NCBI RefSeq assembly: GCF_036321535.1
Contig: NC_087437.1
Location: 118,980,001-119,044,000, forward strand
DNA: 64,000 nucleotides
Direction: 5' to 3'
From: Camelus dromedarius
Lineage: Eukaryota
The position numbers and the translations under genes were made by a program. Of this stretch, positions 50,825 through 63,623 are shown in pieces (the stretch's first letter is position 1; each line of letters opens with the position of its first letter). Under the pieces are notes generated by a model, which saw only the letters and a program-made list of their open reading frames with translations, had not been told where the DNA came from and made no database searches.

Positions 50825-51150
50825 ACAGTTTTATTGAGATATAATTCACATACCACACAATTTACCCATTTAAAGTATACAATACAATGATTTTTAGTGT
50901 AATCACAGGTGTGCAGCCATCCCTCCAGTCAACTTTAGAATATCTGCATCACCCAGGGACCCACTCATCTGTTTCCCGCCCGCCTGCATGGATTTGTCTA
51001 GTCTAGACATGCCTTATAAACGGAATCGTATGTATGTGGCTTTTTGTGTCCACCTCTCTCACTGAGCATAATGACCTCAAGGTCCATCCCTCGCACCACG
51101 GGTCAGAACTTCATTCCTTCTTACGGCTGGATAATAGTCCATTGGTGGAA
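50825..51150 (-). mobile_element. Old L1 3' fragment
   Basis: TTTTATTGAGATATAATTCACATACCACACAATTTACCCATTTAAAGT. Confidence 0.75.
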
Positions 51151-53274
51151 ATGCCGTTGTCTGGCCACGTCCCATGGGCAGATGGTGTTTCTCCCAAGGC
51201 CCAGAAAGCCTCCCCCCCAAGCACTGCCTTTCAGATAAAAGGCAGTTCTGAGCTGCAACTGGAAGAATGGCCTTGCCCCTGTCACTTCTCGTTCCCCAGG
51301 TTAAGTCCTGTCCTGGTCCTCGGGCTCTGCCTGCTGCGGAGACGGGGCTCTCTGTAAAGGCGCCCATCTTTTATGTAAACTGCTGAGTAATAGAGCCGGC
51401 CAGGCTGAAGCTCCCGACAGCCGGGCTGTCAATCTTCCAGCTCACACGTGTCGGGATTCTCGCTGCTGCCCCACAGAATCCCACCCTGGAACCCATCTTT
51501 AGAGTCACTTCCTTGGGCCACGCCCCTAACCCAGAGCCCAGGCGGGACCACGCACTTGCTTTCTGGACAGAGTGCGCTGTGGAAATGGCTGGGAGAGAGA
51601 GGAAATGGGTGGGGGAGAAGGAGGCTGTGAAAGGCGTGGGTAAAATCGTCCCTGAGCCCTGTCTGTCCTTGAGACCGCGGGCTGGTGGTTTAGTGTCAGC
51701 CTGGAAGTGCCCAGTTGAGGGCTGCTGGGAGCGGGGGTCACGTCTGGCAGCGCCTGTTCACCAAGGACCATGCTGCGGAGAAGGCACACGGGGGTGGTGG
51801 TGGCTGCGAGCAGAGGGGATCGGGGTGGGGAGCGGCAGCTGTTGGTGGTGACCCTGAGTGCTGGTGGCAGCTCAGGGGCTCCCCTGTGTGCGGGGTGGTG
51901 GAATTGCCTCACCCTCCACACCCACAGGGGCCGGGCAGGGGCGCCAGCCACGGGGCAGGGCCTGCGGTGACTGGAGGATGGGCGCCCGCTGAGCAAAGAC
52001 ACGTGAATTCACTTGTTATCCACCAGGAAGGACCAGACCGCCGGGACCGTTGGGTCGGGCAGATCAGTCTCACAATCACCTGTCTGCAGACACCCCCGCC
52101 TTGTCCTCCTCCTGGACAGCCAGTTGGCATACCCTGGCGAGGCCCAGACTTCGGGGTAGAAACTGACCATTTCCAACCTTGGTTGATTGTCAGAGTCATT
52201 CGAGAACCTCTCTTTGTATTTTTTTGGAGGTGGGGGTGGCAATTAAAAACAAAATTTTGGAAAATCTGCATATTTGTTTTTAAGGTTCAAACAATCAAGA
52301 AACACATAAAATAAAAAAATTAAGTCCTCGCCTGTGTCCCTGTTACCCCCACTCCCCTCGGTGACCCGTCTGCAGGCGGCTCTCGACCCGGGCTGTGCAG
52401 ACACACACGTGCATGTGAATACTGGGTCGTTTTGAGGTTTTGTTTCCAAAAATGGACTCCCACTCTACCGACCGCTCTGCTGTTTGCTCTTCTTTCTCTC
52501 ACACCCAAGGCACAGACTTTCCTCCAAGTCAGGGCCCCAGACCATCTGCATTCCCTTCAGCTGCCACTGGGGAGGCTGCAGCATGGGGCGCCTCCCTGAT
52601 GGTTCTCACAGACGCCCCAGAATCTGAGTCTCTGCCCCGGGGCCGGCCAGGCATTGCAGCTCCTGGAGGTTTTCCTGCTGGTTCCAGCTGTCAGTGTCCC
52701 CAGGAGGGAGCAGATTTGGTTTCCTCATTGCACCCCACCCCCACCCTGCCACCAGCATATGACAAATATCATAACTGCTGGAATGTTGTCACATGCACGT
52801 GGACAGGCCGAGTGAGGCTCTTACAGAGGGTGGAGTGAGCCCTGCAGGCAGGCAGCCCTGGTGGGAGGGTGGGGAGCAGTCACCAGGCGTCAGTACCTCC
52901 ATCAGCCCTGTGTGTCCTCTCCCAGAATTCACAATCTCATCCCCACGGGGGTGGGGGAGGTCGTTCCTCTGACCCTTCGTGTGAGGCTGGGGGCTCTCAG
53001 AAAGTAACATAAGATGAAAAGCCAGTCCGCAGGTGGACGTAGGTGGGCGGCTTGGTCATGGGCGTGAGCAGAGGACAGATGTGCCCGCCCACATCCTTCC
53101 CAGCCCTCTTCTGCAGAAACAGCTGCTCTGGTGAGCTGCACGGAGAATTTCAGCGGAATCTATTTCTCTCTCCAAGTCACCTGACTCACGACAAACCCTC
53201 ACCTGCACATTGGCCCCACCCCCAAAGCCCCCTGTGCACAGATAAATGTGTACGCAGCTGTGCCTTCTGTTTTT

Positions 53275-53478
53275 AATGGAAGTATAGTTGGTTTACAATG
53301 TTGTGTTAATTCCTGGTGCACAGCATAGTGATTCAGTTATACATATATATTCCTTTTCATATTCTTTTCATTATAGGCTATTACAAGCTATTGAATATAG
53401 TTCCCTGTGCTATACAGTAGGGCCTTGCTGTGTATCTATTTTGTATATAGTGGTGTGTACCTGCAAATCCCAAACTCC
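53275..53478 (-). mobile_element. Short L1 3' end
   Basis: GAAGTATAGTTGGTTTACAATGTTGTG...TATAGTTCCCTGTGCTATACAGTAGG. Confidence 0.85.
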
Positions 53479-56400
53479 CAGCACAAAGAGGACCGGAAGT
53501 GTCTCCTTATCGGAAACCTGAAGTGGGACAGGAATGTCGGCCAGGGCCACAGGATTTAAGGAAAGGAACGTGAGATGGGATGTGACGTCAGCCTTGGTCC
53601 ATTTCCCAGATCAGATCAGCACCCCGGGGAGTCCCGCTCATGGAACCCCCATCTCTGGTCCAGCTCCACCTGCGGGGCCCAGAGCCTCCTTCCTGTGTTA
53701 GCAGGCGCAGCCACAGCAGTGTGACCCCCACGGCTGGCCAGGTTTGGGGGGCGGGGAGCAGAGTGTAGGAGTCAGGGAGGCAGGTGTCCCACGGGCCTGG
53801 GCGCGAATCCACCAACACCAGCTCCACCGGGCCTCCGGCAGAGAGTTCACCCCCCAAATCTCCTTGTCTGTCAAATGGGATAGTAATCAGACCTTTCCAA
53901 AAGGTCGCTGAGAATTGGGGAGAACAGACGCTGTGAAAGCAGTGAGCGCAGCACCTAGGGGAGGTGAGCGCCCGAGGAAACAGGAGGGAGGCAGGGGTTT
54001 TCCCTGGAGCAGGACTGTCAGGAAGAAGCAGCTACCAGGACGTTCTGCGCCTAAGCCCCCTCCAGGCCTGTCCCCTGACACGGTGGCTCCATCTCTCCAA
54101 AGCAGTCCGACGTGTCACCCCCTTTCCAAGCAAGGCCTGTGAGCTTTGTCCAAGCTCTTGAGCGTCTCTGTCCGTGCTCCCTGGCGGTGATTGCTGGCTC
54201 CCGCAAGCGCGGAAAGCCAGGGCCGCGTTGGAAAGGAAGGTTCTGGTGTGAGAACCACGAGGACGAGCCAACTCCAGCCGCTCGGAGTACTTCCTCCCGC
54301 GCGGGAGGTGTTGCCACGTGGAGAATGGAAGATGCAGCTGTAATGACCTTGGTGTGTTCTAGGGGCCCCAAAGCGCTCGGGTGTCGGTGGGCAGACGTGG
54401 AAGGCGTGGGCGTCTCTGTGGGGTGGGATTCGTGTCTTGATGTCACAGGAACACCTGCTTCAGGGCCTGTGGGACCTCGCCCCGCACGGGAGGCTACAGG
54501 GCGCTGCCCTCAGTGCCCGGCTGTTCCATGAATAGGGCCCCAAACTCCCTCTGGGGTGGGCGCCCCTCAGACAGTCAAGGAAGGGCCCCCTGGCGGGGGG
54601 TCAGGTGTTGACAAACTGACAGTCAGTTAGCAGGCTGACTCATTGCCACTGCAGAAGGACTGATTGTCCCGAGTCCCAGGCTATCCCAGCCTGGACCCTG
54701 CCGGCCAGTGCTGTCACAGAAGCAGTTCAAGCAGGCCCAGCCTCTGCTGGGGTCCTGCATCTGCACTGGACAGGGGGCCCAGTAGGCCTCAGACAGCTGG
54801 CTGGTCCTCACCACCCTTCCATCGAGGTGGAAGGAAAGGCCTCTATACCAAGCCTCACGAGCTGGGGGCTCCCCAGGTGCGCTGCACATGTAACCCCACC
54901 CAAGGTGGGAACCAGCCCTGTTCTACACTTGGGGAAACTGAGGTTGAGCCAGGCCCGGGAGCCGGCCATCCCCGGCTGGGAGCGCAGATCTGCAGGCCCC
55001 AAAGCTGGGCTCTCCTCCTGCCCGCCACAGCCTCCCCAGGTGGGACACCCTTGGACACCTGTGCTCACCTGGGCCACCCCTGATGTCAGGAAGCAGTGAC
55101 GGAGCCAATAGGTCAGACCACGGAGGGGAAGCGCACCCCCCCAAAGGAGCTGAGGAGCGTCCCTCACTCAGGGGCTGTCCGTGGAGTCAGAAGGGTGAGC
55201 CCTCTGAGTCGCCTCCTCCACCTGTCCCCTCTGGGCGGTGGGGAGCAGGCCCCAGCCTGGGCTGCGCCTGGGGACTCCCAGCACCACAAGGGAAAGGATC
55301 TGATAAGGTTGTAATAGCATCTTCTCCATCTTCTTGGGGCGCTCCAAGGATGACCTCACCGCTGACATGGCCTGTGAGCCAAGAAAACAGGGCTGGGCCT
55401 CTGTTTCTAGAGGGGAAAAGCGAGCCCAGAAAGGACCCGGCGGGGGGAGCAGGCCTGGCTCCTCGGGCCCTCCCAGGCTTGGCCGATCCCACCCCAGCTT
55501 CGACTATGGGTTGCTAAGCTTTCATCCGTATGAAATGGGAGTTCCTGGGGACGAGTACCAGGTAAATCTGACCAGGGTGACGGTGGGTGAGGGGCGGGCA
55601 GCTCCCAGAGGCCTTGGCTTCCTGGGTGGGGCTGGACTGTTCTGTAAGGCGCAGCGCTCTGTGAAAAGGCAGACGGCTGGTTACCGCCTGGAGGGGTGGG
55701 ACGAGGCGGCTGGGACGGAGGAGGGCGGCCCCCAGCGACAAGGGGGCGCGGAGCGGAGATGGCTCTGATGTTGAGTGGGGGCTCCTGACCTTTTCAGGCC
55801 GTGAATATTTCTCAGGCTAACGTGTTAAGACAGCACCTGTGGGGTTCCGAAGGAAACCAGCGGTGCTAAAGTGCCGTCATCAGAATGTGAAAAATCAAAG
55901 TTAGATACAGTCGCACCTGCTTCTTTGGAAGCACGTTTGTTGGCAGGACCAGCCTCCGGACCTCACAGCCACCGCCATTTCCAAGTGGTGTGAGTGTCGG
56001 TGGTGCATGGAGAGGGAAGGGGGCATCTGTGCCACTGCGGCAGGGCCTGCAGTCCATGAGGAGAGCCCCGCCAGCCTCACCAGGCGTCTCTGAAGGCCGG
56101 CTGGTCAGGGAGAAGGTGGCGCTGGACCGGAGGCGGGCAGGCCCCCGCCTTGGGGCCACCCTTCTCACTGTGCTCTTCCCCGGAGCTCCTTCACTCCTCC
56201 CGTGATCTTTGCTAAGCACCTGCTGTGTGCCAGGCATGCCCTGGGTGCTGGACAGCAGTGAAGGAAGCTGAAACACACCCTCTCCCTCATGCGCTCTTGT
56301 TATGCATGCGTCTTCTCTGTCTCCCTGACTAGATGGTGAATTGGGGGAGCGTGGGTTGCACCTTAAACTTTCAGGACCCTCGTAACAGCCAGCGCCCAGT

Positions 56401-56764
56401 GTGTGCAGCTGGCTTGTGTTGACTGACTGTCAGAGCGTAAGGCAGGTGCCTTTCCAGCACCAACGAGAGGCGAGCCAGCCAGAGGCATCTGTCATCTACC
56501 AGGTCAGGGCAGCGTTGGTGGGGCAGGGTCAGGGGCCAGGCAGGAGCGGTCACTGCGCCCACAGGAGAAGTGGCTGGGCCCCCATCTGTCATCTGTGCTG
56601 GCGTATGCTCGGGCCCTTGGGAACCCCGCCTTCCAGCAGGGAACTCTGTGAACCACTGCACCCTCCCTGCACCCCCTCCCCATGAGTGACACAGAAGAAC
56701 GGTCCTGCCTCCCCTTTTACTAAAGGGGAAACAGCTCAGACAGAGCCACAGATTTGTCTACCGC

Positions 56765-56965
56765 AGCTGTTCCCTTTGTCCCCCAACCCCGTCGCCCAGA
56801 GGCATGGCCAGTGTCTGTAGACAGCACTGGTTGTCGCATCCAGGTGGAGGGACACTCTGCACCTGGTGGGTGGAGGCCAGGATGCTGCTCAACACCCCGC
56901 AGTGCACAGGACACCCCAAACAATTATCCAACCCCAGCGTCACAGTGCTGAACTCTCCACCCTGC
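56765..56965 (+). mobile_element. MER20 hAT-Charlie MITE
   Basis: GGTGGGTGGAGGCCAGGATGCTGCTCAACACCCCGCAGTGCACAGGACA. Confidence 0.8.
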
Positions 56966-57194
56966 GTCTGTCACACTGGGGTGGGGCTCGGAGACAAGAC
57001 CTTCACCTCTGGTTATAATCTCTCCACTGCGGGGCAAATAACCGTCACTGTTGTTATTTGTGACGGTGGTATTACAGGTGCCATACGTCTGAGTGACCAC
57101 CTCCACATCCAGTGACATCACTGATCATGTGAGAAGCAGAAGGCACAGGTCTGCTGAGTAAGTCAGCGCTCACTCCAAAGTCCCTCTTTCTTTG

Positions 57195-57478
57195 TTTTTG
57201 TGAAGCACAGTCAGTCACAATGCGCCAGTTTCTGGTGTGCAGCACAACGCTTCAGCCGTGCATGTACGTGCACACATGTGTTTTCACATTCTTTTCGTCG
57301 AAGGTCACTACAAGATGTTGAGTATAGTTGCCTGTGCTCTACATACAGCACACACAGAAACTTGTTTATCTATTTTTATATGTAGTAGTTAATATTTACA
57401 AATCGCAAACTCCCAGTTTATCCCTTCCCGCCCCCTTGCCCTCTGATAACCATAAGATTGTTTACTACGTCTGTGAGC
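57195..57478 (-). mobile_element. Short L1 3' end
   Basis: Same family wording as 10720-10915. Confidence 0.8.
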
Positions 57479-57994
57479 ATCATTCTTTGGAGACCAGCAA
57501 AGACAAAGGCTGATCACAGTCAGTGGAGTGTGGCTTTCACTCTGTGAGGTGTGACTTCATTTAGAGCAAATGGCCATTCTAATTAACTGTGCTCATTTCA
57601 ACTTCAAGTTTGCTTGTGCTCTTAAAGATGAAGTGATAGCTGTTACCGTGTCGGCTCCACCAGCAGGAGAGTTTCACCAACCGTGAACTGACGCCAGTTT
57701 GCCACCTGTGTTATCAGGTGTTTCAAATAGAAAAGCCAATTAAGCTAATTTTAAAAATTGCTTAATTCTTATTCAAATCATTAAATACAAGTAAAGCTTC
57801 GAACATTTATTCTGTTGAAGATGGGTCCCGTGGTGTTTTTGAAAATGCAAGATATAAATGCAGACTCAACTAAATAGTCAATATTAATGATGTCACTACT
57901 TGTTTTCATTGAGATAAAACAAATACACATGCTGAGGTCACACAGCGTCATGGTAAAAATGTGTTATTATTAAATTAAGAAAGTATGGAGCTTG

Positions 57995-58700
57995 GCTATT
58001 ATAAAGACAAGAAATAACAAGTGTTAGTGAAGATGTGGAGAAAAGAGAGCCCCTGTGCACTGTTTGCAGGGATGTAAATTGGGGCAGCCACTACGGAAAA
58101 CAGTGTGGAGATTCCTCAGAAAAATTAAAAATAGAACTGTCATATGATCCAGAAATCCCATGTCTGGTATTAAACAAAGAAAAGAAAACACAAACTTGAA
58201 AAGATTTGTGTACCCTCCTTGATCATCCCAGCATTGTTTACAATACCTAAGATATGGAAACAACCTAAGTGTCCACTGATGGATGAATGGATAAGGAAAT
58301 GTGAGATAGATAGATAGATAGATAGATAATAAACAGACAACGGAATATTACTCAGCCACGAAGAAGAGTGAAATGTCGCCATTTACAACAACATGGATGG
58401 ACCTGGAGGGCATTATGCTAAGTGAAATAAGTCAGACAGCAAGACAAACACCATATGATCTCACTTACATGTGGAACCCAAAATAAGTAAATATATAAAT
58501 AAATAAACAAACAAAAAACAAGCACATAAATATGGAGAACGTTTGGTGGCTGTCAGAAGGGGGGGGTTGAAAGTTGCTAAAAGAGTAGATCTTAGAATTC
58601 TCATCACAAGAAAAAAAACCATAACAATGTATGGTGACAGATATTAATGAGTTTTGTATGTCAATGAGACCTCTATAAACTTAATTAATGATTTTTTTAA
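57995..58700 (+). mobile_element. L1 3' region with internal (GATA)n
   Basis: AATAACAAGTGTTAGTGAAGATGTGGAGAAAAG...GTTGCTAAAAGAGTAGATCTT. Confidence 0.88.
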
Positions 58701-59334
58701 AAGAAAGTATGAAGCAGAAATATAGTTGGAATTTTTGTGGTGAACACTTAATTCATAAATGACTCTTAAGCTGCAATATACCACTAATTGAAATAAAAGC
58801 TGCATATATCAAAACTTACAAACCCCTTTCTATATGCAGAGTTAGAGAAACTGAACTACACAACTTCTGTGATGAAGCTGATACGATCACAAACAGGAAA
58901 GACTTCGTCAGGGCAGCATGTTCTTTCTCCCTTCGAGGTCCATATCTGGTCAGTTTTTAGAAATGCGTAAGCTGTGAAAAAGTCATTTGTACATCAATCT
59001 ACATGACTTACAGTGTTACTAGATTCCTGTGTGAGCAACTGGATCCTCTGGATTTGGGTTGCATTTTGGTCAGAATCTTTAATCAAACTGTTCAACAAAT
59101 GGATTCCCAAAAACTTCTTTTGAAGCTTTTGGCGAATCATTGTCATTATTGAAAACAAGATGGAAAACAGAAAGACTTAATGTATCGCTTCAGATGAAAG
59201 AGAAAGACTGAACAAACTGCATGATGCCTGCCCAAGTGGTGTATGAGAAGGACTTTGGAATTACAAAATGGTGCCTTGGAATATCTTTGTTTACGGGGCG
59301 GATTTTTGACGGTGCTCTTATTTTAATTGGAGAG

Positions 59335-59490
59335 GTACACATATAGACAGGCATATATCTGCATGTATACACGTGCCTGCATATATACACATGTCTGCAT
59401 GTGTACAGATGTCTGCGTGTACACACACGCCTGCCTGTACGCACGTGTCTGCGTGCATGCACGTGCCTGCATGTATACACGTGTCTGCAT
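59335..59490. repeat. ~18-bp tandem repeat rich in purine-pyrimidine alternation (GCATGTATACACGTGCCT-like)
   Basis: About eight imperfect units, directly visible. Confidence 0.8.
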
Positions 59491-59977
59491 TATCGGAATG
59501 GAATAAAACTGAGAAGGCCTACCGTTTTCAGCATATAATTTTGACAAAGCATTCATAAGAATCATACATAAAAAAATGCCTATTTGACATATTTTGCCTT
59601 ATAAAAATATTTATGAAAGGAAGATTCTCCGGATGGAAGCCAAAACACAGAACCTGTGAAAATACCTGAGCTAAATATCAACACCTTCATTACAAAAACA
59701 TTGCCGTGTCCCTCTCTGAGCAGAACGGGGCCAGGTGGTACCCACACAGGCTGTTCATTTATCCAGTAGCGTCAGGGTTTACAGAGAAGACACCGTTTAA
59801 CTCACCAGCAAGTTCAGATTTATCAACATAATGTCTTCTGGAAAAACACGCAGGCAATTCTGTGAAAAATTGAAAGTAATAAGGCAACTGTGAACATCAT
59901 ACATCCTTCTGGAAAATACCACTAACATGGCATCAAATCACATAAGATTAAAAAACAGATTGAGGAGTGTGAACTTA

Positions 59978-60122
59978 AAAAAAATTTTTTTTTGGTGGGG
60001 GAGGTAACCAGATGTATTTATTTATTATTATTATTTTATTTAACAGAGGTACGTACTGGGGATCAAACCCACGACCTCACGCGTGCTCAGCCTGCGCTCC
60101 ACCACTGAGCTGTAACCTTCCT
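59978..60122 (-). mobile_element. tRNA-derived SINE (Vic-1-like)
   Basis: Minus strand GGTTACAGCTCAGTGGTGG...GAGGTCGTGGGTTTGATCCCCAG. Confidence 0.75.
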
Positions 60123-61214
60123 ACCAAGAAATGTGAACTTTTACCAAGAACAGTTACTCAGTTGCTTTTTAATATCCAGACAATCAATGCAAAGAAGGAA
60201 CCTGTTTTGTTTTTTTTTTTTGCTTTAATGTAGCAAATGTTATCTTTATTTTTTGAAAGAATTTGGCTTTTTCTCTGTAAATACAATTTTCACTTTATTA
60301 GAAATGAAAGTAACATAACGCCATTATATTTTCCCCATTTCGTTATAAGCTGTTTTGAGTGTTATTTTCCCCAGCTTTATTGAGTTATAATTTACATCCA
60401 ATAAAATCCACCCACTTTAAGTGTGCAGTCTGGTGAATTTGGCAATTGTTCACAGCCATGTAGCTGTCACTCGGTGCAACTGTGAGACTGAGAATATTTC
60501 TATCACTCTATAGTTTCCCGGGGCCCCGCTCCCCTGAGTCCTGCCCCTCCTGACCGCTGATCTTGAAAGCATTTTTAATTTTTTAAACAACTTTTTTGAG
60601 GTATAATTGCCATGTAATACACTCTACATAATGTAACGTGCACAATACGATTACCTTGACACATGTACACCCCAGTGAAGCCACCACTTCAATCGAGAGC
60701 GTGAGCACCCCCGGCCTCCTACTGAATGCAGACACAGCTGCTTTATCACCGCGCCTGTTGACGGACACTTGGCTTGTTTCCTTGTTTGGCTTTACAGGCA
60801 AAGCTGCTATGAACATTTGTGCAAAAGTTTTCCCATGGACACGAGCTTTCATTTCCATTGGTAAGTACCTAGGAGTGGAATGACTGAGTCATAAGTTAGG
60901 TATACGCCTAACTTTTTAAGAAACCGTCAAACAGTTTTCCAAAGGGGCTGTACCATCCTGCACTCCTAACAGCAGTGCACGAGGGTTCCGGCTGCTGAGC
61001 ATCCGCCAACCCCGGCTCGGCCGTCTCTCTAATTACAGCCGTTCTCATCGGTGAGAGTCCACCGCGGTCTTCATGTGCATTTCCTTAATGACTAATGCTT
61101 CGAATAGCTTTCATGTACTTATTTGCCATTTGTATGTCTCTGATGAAGTACATATGCAAGTAATTTGCTCTTTTTTAAAAAAATTGGGCTCTTCTCGTCT
61201 TTTGGAGAGGACAA

Positions 61215-61308
61215 ATTAGGTTCCTTTATTTATCTTAGTGGAGGCACTGGGGACAGAAGCCAGGGCCTCGTGTGTGCTAAGCACACGCTGACTTCTACCC
61301 TCCCCCCA
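61215..61308 (-). mobile_element. tRNA-derived SINE (Vic-1-like)
   Basis: Plus strand GTGGAGGCACTGGGGA...CTCGTGTGTGCTAAGCAC...ACCCTCCCCC. Confidence 0.7.
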
Positions 61309-61732
61309 CCTTTGCTGTCTTACCCTTGGGTCTGGTAGCCCTTTGTATGCACTGGATACAAGTCCTTTACCAGACACGCCACTTGCGAGCGTTTTCTCCA
61401 GTCTGTGGCTTTTCATTCACTTCACTGTGTCTTTCAAACAGCAGAAGTTCTGGATTTTGATGAGGTCCAATTTGTCCATCTTTTTCTTGTACAAGCTGTG
61501 CTTTTGAAGCTGTAGCTAAGACATCCCTGCCTGACGCAAAGTCCCTAAGCTTCCTCAGTCATCTCCTAACTTTTTAACAGCATTAGGTTTTCCATTTAGA
61601 TATATGATCCACGTTGAGTTGAATCTGTATGCAGTTCAAGCTGTGGTCTTGAAGTGGAACCATGCGAGCGTTGCCCTGTTTCTAGATTGCGTCACTCTGT
61701 TGTCCATCTCAGTGCCAACCCCTCGCTGCCTC

Positions 61733-62351
61733 TGAAACAGAAATAATAAAACGGCCACGCTCAGGCTAACTAATTCCTGGCCTTATCCTTGCCGTTTGCG
61801 TTTAAAACGGTCGGCAACTCTGACTGACCGGACCCTGCCCCCAGCCCCAGGCCCACTGCTACAATTAGAGCTGGAGTTATTAATTTTCCTGTTTGTTTAC
61901 CTCACTCTGGCAATTGACATTTACAATCATGTTTGGATTCTGAGGCATTCCCCTAGGAAGGGGGTCACCGGACGACAGCCTCAGGAGAGTGACCAGACCC
62001 TCCAAAGTCCCTCCTGGCACATAATGAGTCTGATCAGATAAAGAAGGTCGCGGGCGGTTGGCCCTCCAGACCACCGGATGGTCCCGTGATGCGGGACAGA
62101 CTCGCCAAGACTCTGGAGGAAGCTTCACCAGAGACCCCTGTTGACTGCTGTCCCCCTTCTCTCTCCAGCTTGTTCACTATGTCATCACTAAGCCCCAGCC
62201 CTGAGATGGGCTCACAGTTCTGAAGGCACGAGCCTGCTGTGAGTCCCCTTCGCCCGGCAAGGTAATAAAGCTGCCTCTTTTATTCTAAGCTCCAAGACCT
62301 TGTCTCTGGGTTGTTTGGCTGGTCAGGGATGGGGGTGATATTTCGGCAACA
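61733..62351 (+). mobile_element. Solo ERV LTR
   Basis: TG...CA ends, AATAAA near 62264, near-TSD CCTC/CCTT, inserted within an L1. Confidence 0.75.
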
Positions 62352-63215
62352 CCTTGATAACTGTCGCTTTATAATACACCTTGAGGCCAGGCAGTGCAAA
62401 GCCTCCAGCCCTTCTTCTGCTTCAGAGCCGTTCTGACTGCTCTAAGTCCTTTGCATTTTCATATGAATTTTAGATTTGGCCTGTCAATTTCTACAAAAAA
62501 AATAAATAAGCCCACTGACATTTTGACGGGGAATGCATTGATTGTATAGATCAATTTGAATGCAATTATTTTGTAGATAAACAAATATAAAATTAATTCC
62601 TCCTGTCTATGCATAAGTGCTTAGAAATATATAATTTCAATTGTTTGAAATACACAATTTCAAATGTACAATTTTTCAAAAATAAGAAGTCTTTTATTCT
62701 TGAAAAAAATGTCCTGATTTGGACAATAAATTTTATGACGACTGGCTCTGAGTCTGATGTGACCGTGGAAGGATCAGGCTGCCACTTCCTGAATCCAGTG
62801 ATCCGGCTTAACTTCAGCAAAACTGGGACAAGACGTTCTGTGCTTTTCATGTGACACCAGCATCTGTGAAATACCGCCAGAAACTTGAGCCTGAGTTCAG
62901 TTAAGTTTATAGAACCAACTTCCGTTTACAGGAAACATGAAGGCAAAAGGAAGAAGTTAAATGACACAAGAAGGAAGGAAACAGGTAATTCCCGAACACA
63001 GGACACTCTACAGGTCAATCCACCTGTTTTTGTTTTTGTTTTTGTTTTTAAGTGATTGGGAGAGTCTCTCTAGATTAAGAGACCTAAGAGATCTTTCAAC
63101 CTAGAATTCCAACAAACTGGAAAAGGGTACTTTAAAAACAAGTGGGGAAATTTGAATATGGACCAATTTTTAGATAACACCCAGGAATTAGTGTTAATTT
63201 TGTTAGAGGTGGAAA

Positions 63216-63623
63216 TGTAAGAAGGAAGCAACTTTGTATTCTACTGTAAGTTAATCACTAAAGGGATGTTGCTTCTAAGCTTAGACTGAACCCTGTCTCC
63301 CAGGCAATGAGCCTTCAGCTGCGACACCTCTGTCTAGCTCACAGGAAATGTCCTGACCACACCCACCTGTGAAGGGCCGCAGAAAAGAAGAAATTGGCGC
63401 ATCCCCTCTGGAGTCTGGCTGGAAGCAGGACTTTGCCCCCTTCCCTTTGAGCATAAAAGAAGCTTGAACTTTAACTTGGGAAGATGGTTCTTTGGGACAC
63501 TAGTCCACAATCTTCTCGCTCTGCTGGCTGTCTGAATAAAGCCACTATTCCTTGCCCCAACAGCTCGTCTCTTGATTTACTGTCCTGTCGGGCAGGAAGC
63601 AGACGAGCTCAGACTTGGGAACA
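63216..63623 (+). mobile_element. Solo ERV1-type LTR
   Basis: TGTAAG...GGAACA, AATAAA at ~63535, near-TSD GAAA/GTAA, interrupts an old L1. Confidence 0.75.

Larger units (their letters stand above)
57485..59660 (+). mobile_element. Fossil hAT transposase region (possibly Blackjack-like) with nested insertions
   Basis: Broken translation gives hAT-like pieces (..FHSVR.., FNFKFACALK, LSGVSNRKA, ..FLSL.., ERKILR-like C-terminal block); many stops and frameshifts. Confidence 0.55.
60365..62575 (-). mobile_element. Old L1 fragments with nested SINE and LTR
   Basis: CAGCTTTATTGAG...; AAAGCTGCTATGAACATTTGTG; CCTTTGCATTTTCATATGAATTTTAG. Confidence 0.8.
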
